From Candidatus Stahliibacteriota bacterium (GTDB lineage Bacteria > Hydrothermota > Tepidihabitantia > SM23-42), in assembly GCA_030613445.1 (NCBI GenBank), contig JAUWLY010000002.1:1-33487 (forward strand): a stretch of 33,487 nucleotides of DNA. Direction: 5' to 3'. Shown piece after piece: positions 32,715 to 33,487 of the stretch. The position numbers were made by a program, and so were the translations under genes. Under the pieces are notes generated by a model. It was not told the DNA's origin. It worked only from the letters and a program-made list of their open reading frames with translations, and did not search any database. Each line of letters begins with the position of its first letter. Position 1 is the first letter of the stretch.

Positions 32715-33414
32715 ATGAAAATGAGCAGAAAAGATAAAACAAAAGAAGAGCTGGTAAAAGAAATAGAAAATTTACGCAACCGAGTTGCTAAATTAGAAAA
32801 ATCCAAAATCAAACTCAAGCACACGCAGGAAAAAGAAAGAGAGTACTTTGAAAGTATTACATTCCTTACCGAGACCGCCATGAAGTTTGTTGAATTTCCA
32901 TCAAATAAAGATATATATCGCTTCATAGGAGAATGTCTGAAGAGACTTGTCCCTTATTCTATGGTCTTCATCAATTCGTATAACCAGGCTACCAGTATCA
33001 TATGCACTCGCTTAGCACTGGGAATAGGTGCGGTGAGCGAGAAAACCCTAAAGCTTCTTGGCAGACATCCTGTAGGAATGACATTCAAAATAAGTAAAGA
33101 AGCATTGCTTGGTCTTACAAGCAACAAGTTAAATAAGGTGCCCGGCGGATTATCTGCTCTTGGTCTCGGGGGAAATACCAAAATCCATCTGCGCTGCGCT
33201 TGAGAAGATCTATCACATAAAGCACATCTATTCCATAGGTTTTACGTGGCAAAAACAATTATACGGCAATGCCACGTTTATTATGCGCGAAGAAAAGAAA
33301 ATTAAAAATCAAAGAGTGATTGAGGCGTTCATAAAACAGGCTTCGAAAAAGGTGGCAGGTCTTGACATTCTACACGATGTTATCTTAAGAGTTTTTTCTG
33401 CAGCGTTCGAATGA
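32715..33414 (+). pseudogene. Frameshifted gene for a coiled-coil + sensor-like domain protein
   Basis: ORFs 32715-33203 and 33160-33414 overlap in different frames around a G5 run (33168-33172). Deleting one G gives the continuous reading ...KVPGGLSALGLGEIPKSICAALEKIYHIKHIYSIGF... The N-terminal coiled coil is EELVKEIENLRNRVAKLEKSK. Function unknown. Confidence 0.45.
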
Positions 33415-33487
33415 TTTTCTTAGTGCGTGTATTCGACAACCCGTGCTTCTTGAACCGCCATAAACGCTGTGCAACAGTAAACTTTCT
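33380..33487 (-). CDS. C-terminal end of an ORF entering from the right edge (unknown, possibly mobile-element related)
   Basis: The minus-strand frame is open from the window edge: ...RKFTVAQRLWRFKKHGLSNTRTKKIIRTLQKKLLR*. It overlaps the 3' end of the frameshifted gene, suggesting an insertion. Too short to classify. Confidence 0.2.
   Translation of the reverse strand, partial: RKFTVAQRLWRFKKHGLSNTRTKKIIRTLQKKLLR

Overview
Moderately AT-rich bacterial, metagenome-like accessory region. Four intact proteins and one remnant carry Por/T9SS C-terminal sorting tails. There are also BNR/Asp-box, LVIVD and YVTN beta-propellers, two GWxTD-domain proteins, CBM9/DUF5916 proteins and several TPR proteins. 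This content suggests the Fibrobacteres-Chlorobi-Bacteroidetes radiation or an allied candidate phylum; I cannot name the organism. The most interesting content is two radical-SAM/SPASM cassettes (about 6.4-8.5 kb and 17.4-25.9 kb). Each sits beside a short Cys-rich ORF, one of which (39 aa) is missing from the ORF track. Both are preceded by the same ~250-bp promoter-plus-leader, conserved at nucleotide level rather than peptide level. The second cassette runs through overlapping or abutting stop/start codons into a peptidase-less ABC exporter and a CBM9/DUF5916 pair. A tightly packed five-gene GWxTD/TPR/lectin-like envelope operon lies between the cassettes. The window is a mosaic of decayed mobile DNA: three tyrosine-recombinase remnants, a tRNA 3' fragment, a multiply frameshifted rve transposase, an IS200-type Y1-transposase stub bracketed by perfect 24-bp inverted repeats, a decayed toxin-antitoxin pair and two dispersed repeat families. 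I saw no rRNA, intact tRNA or CRISPR array. All family assignments come from motif recognition by eye and need HMM or BLAST confirmation.
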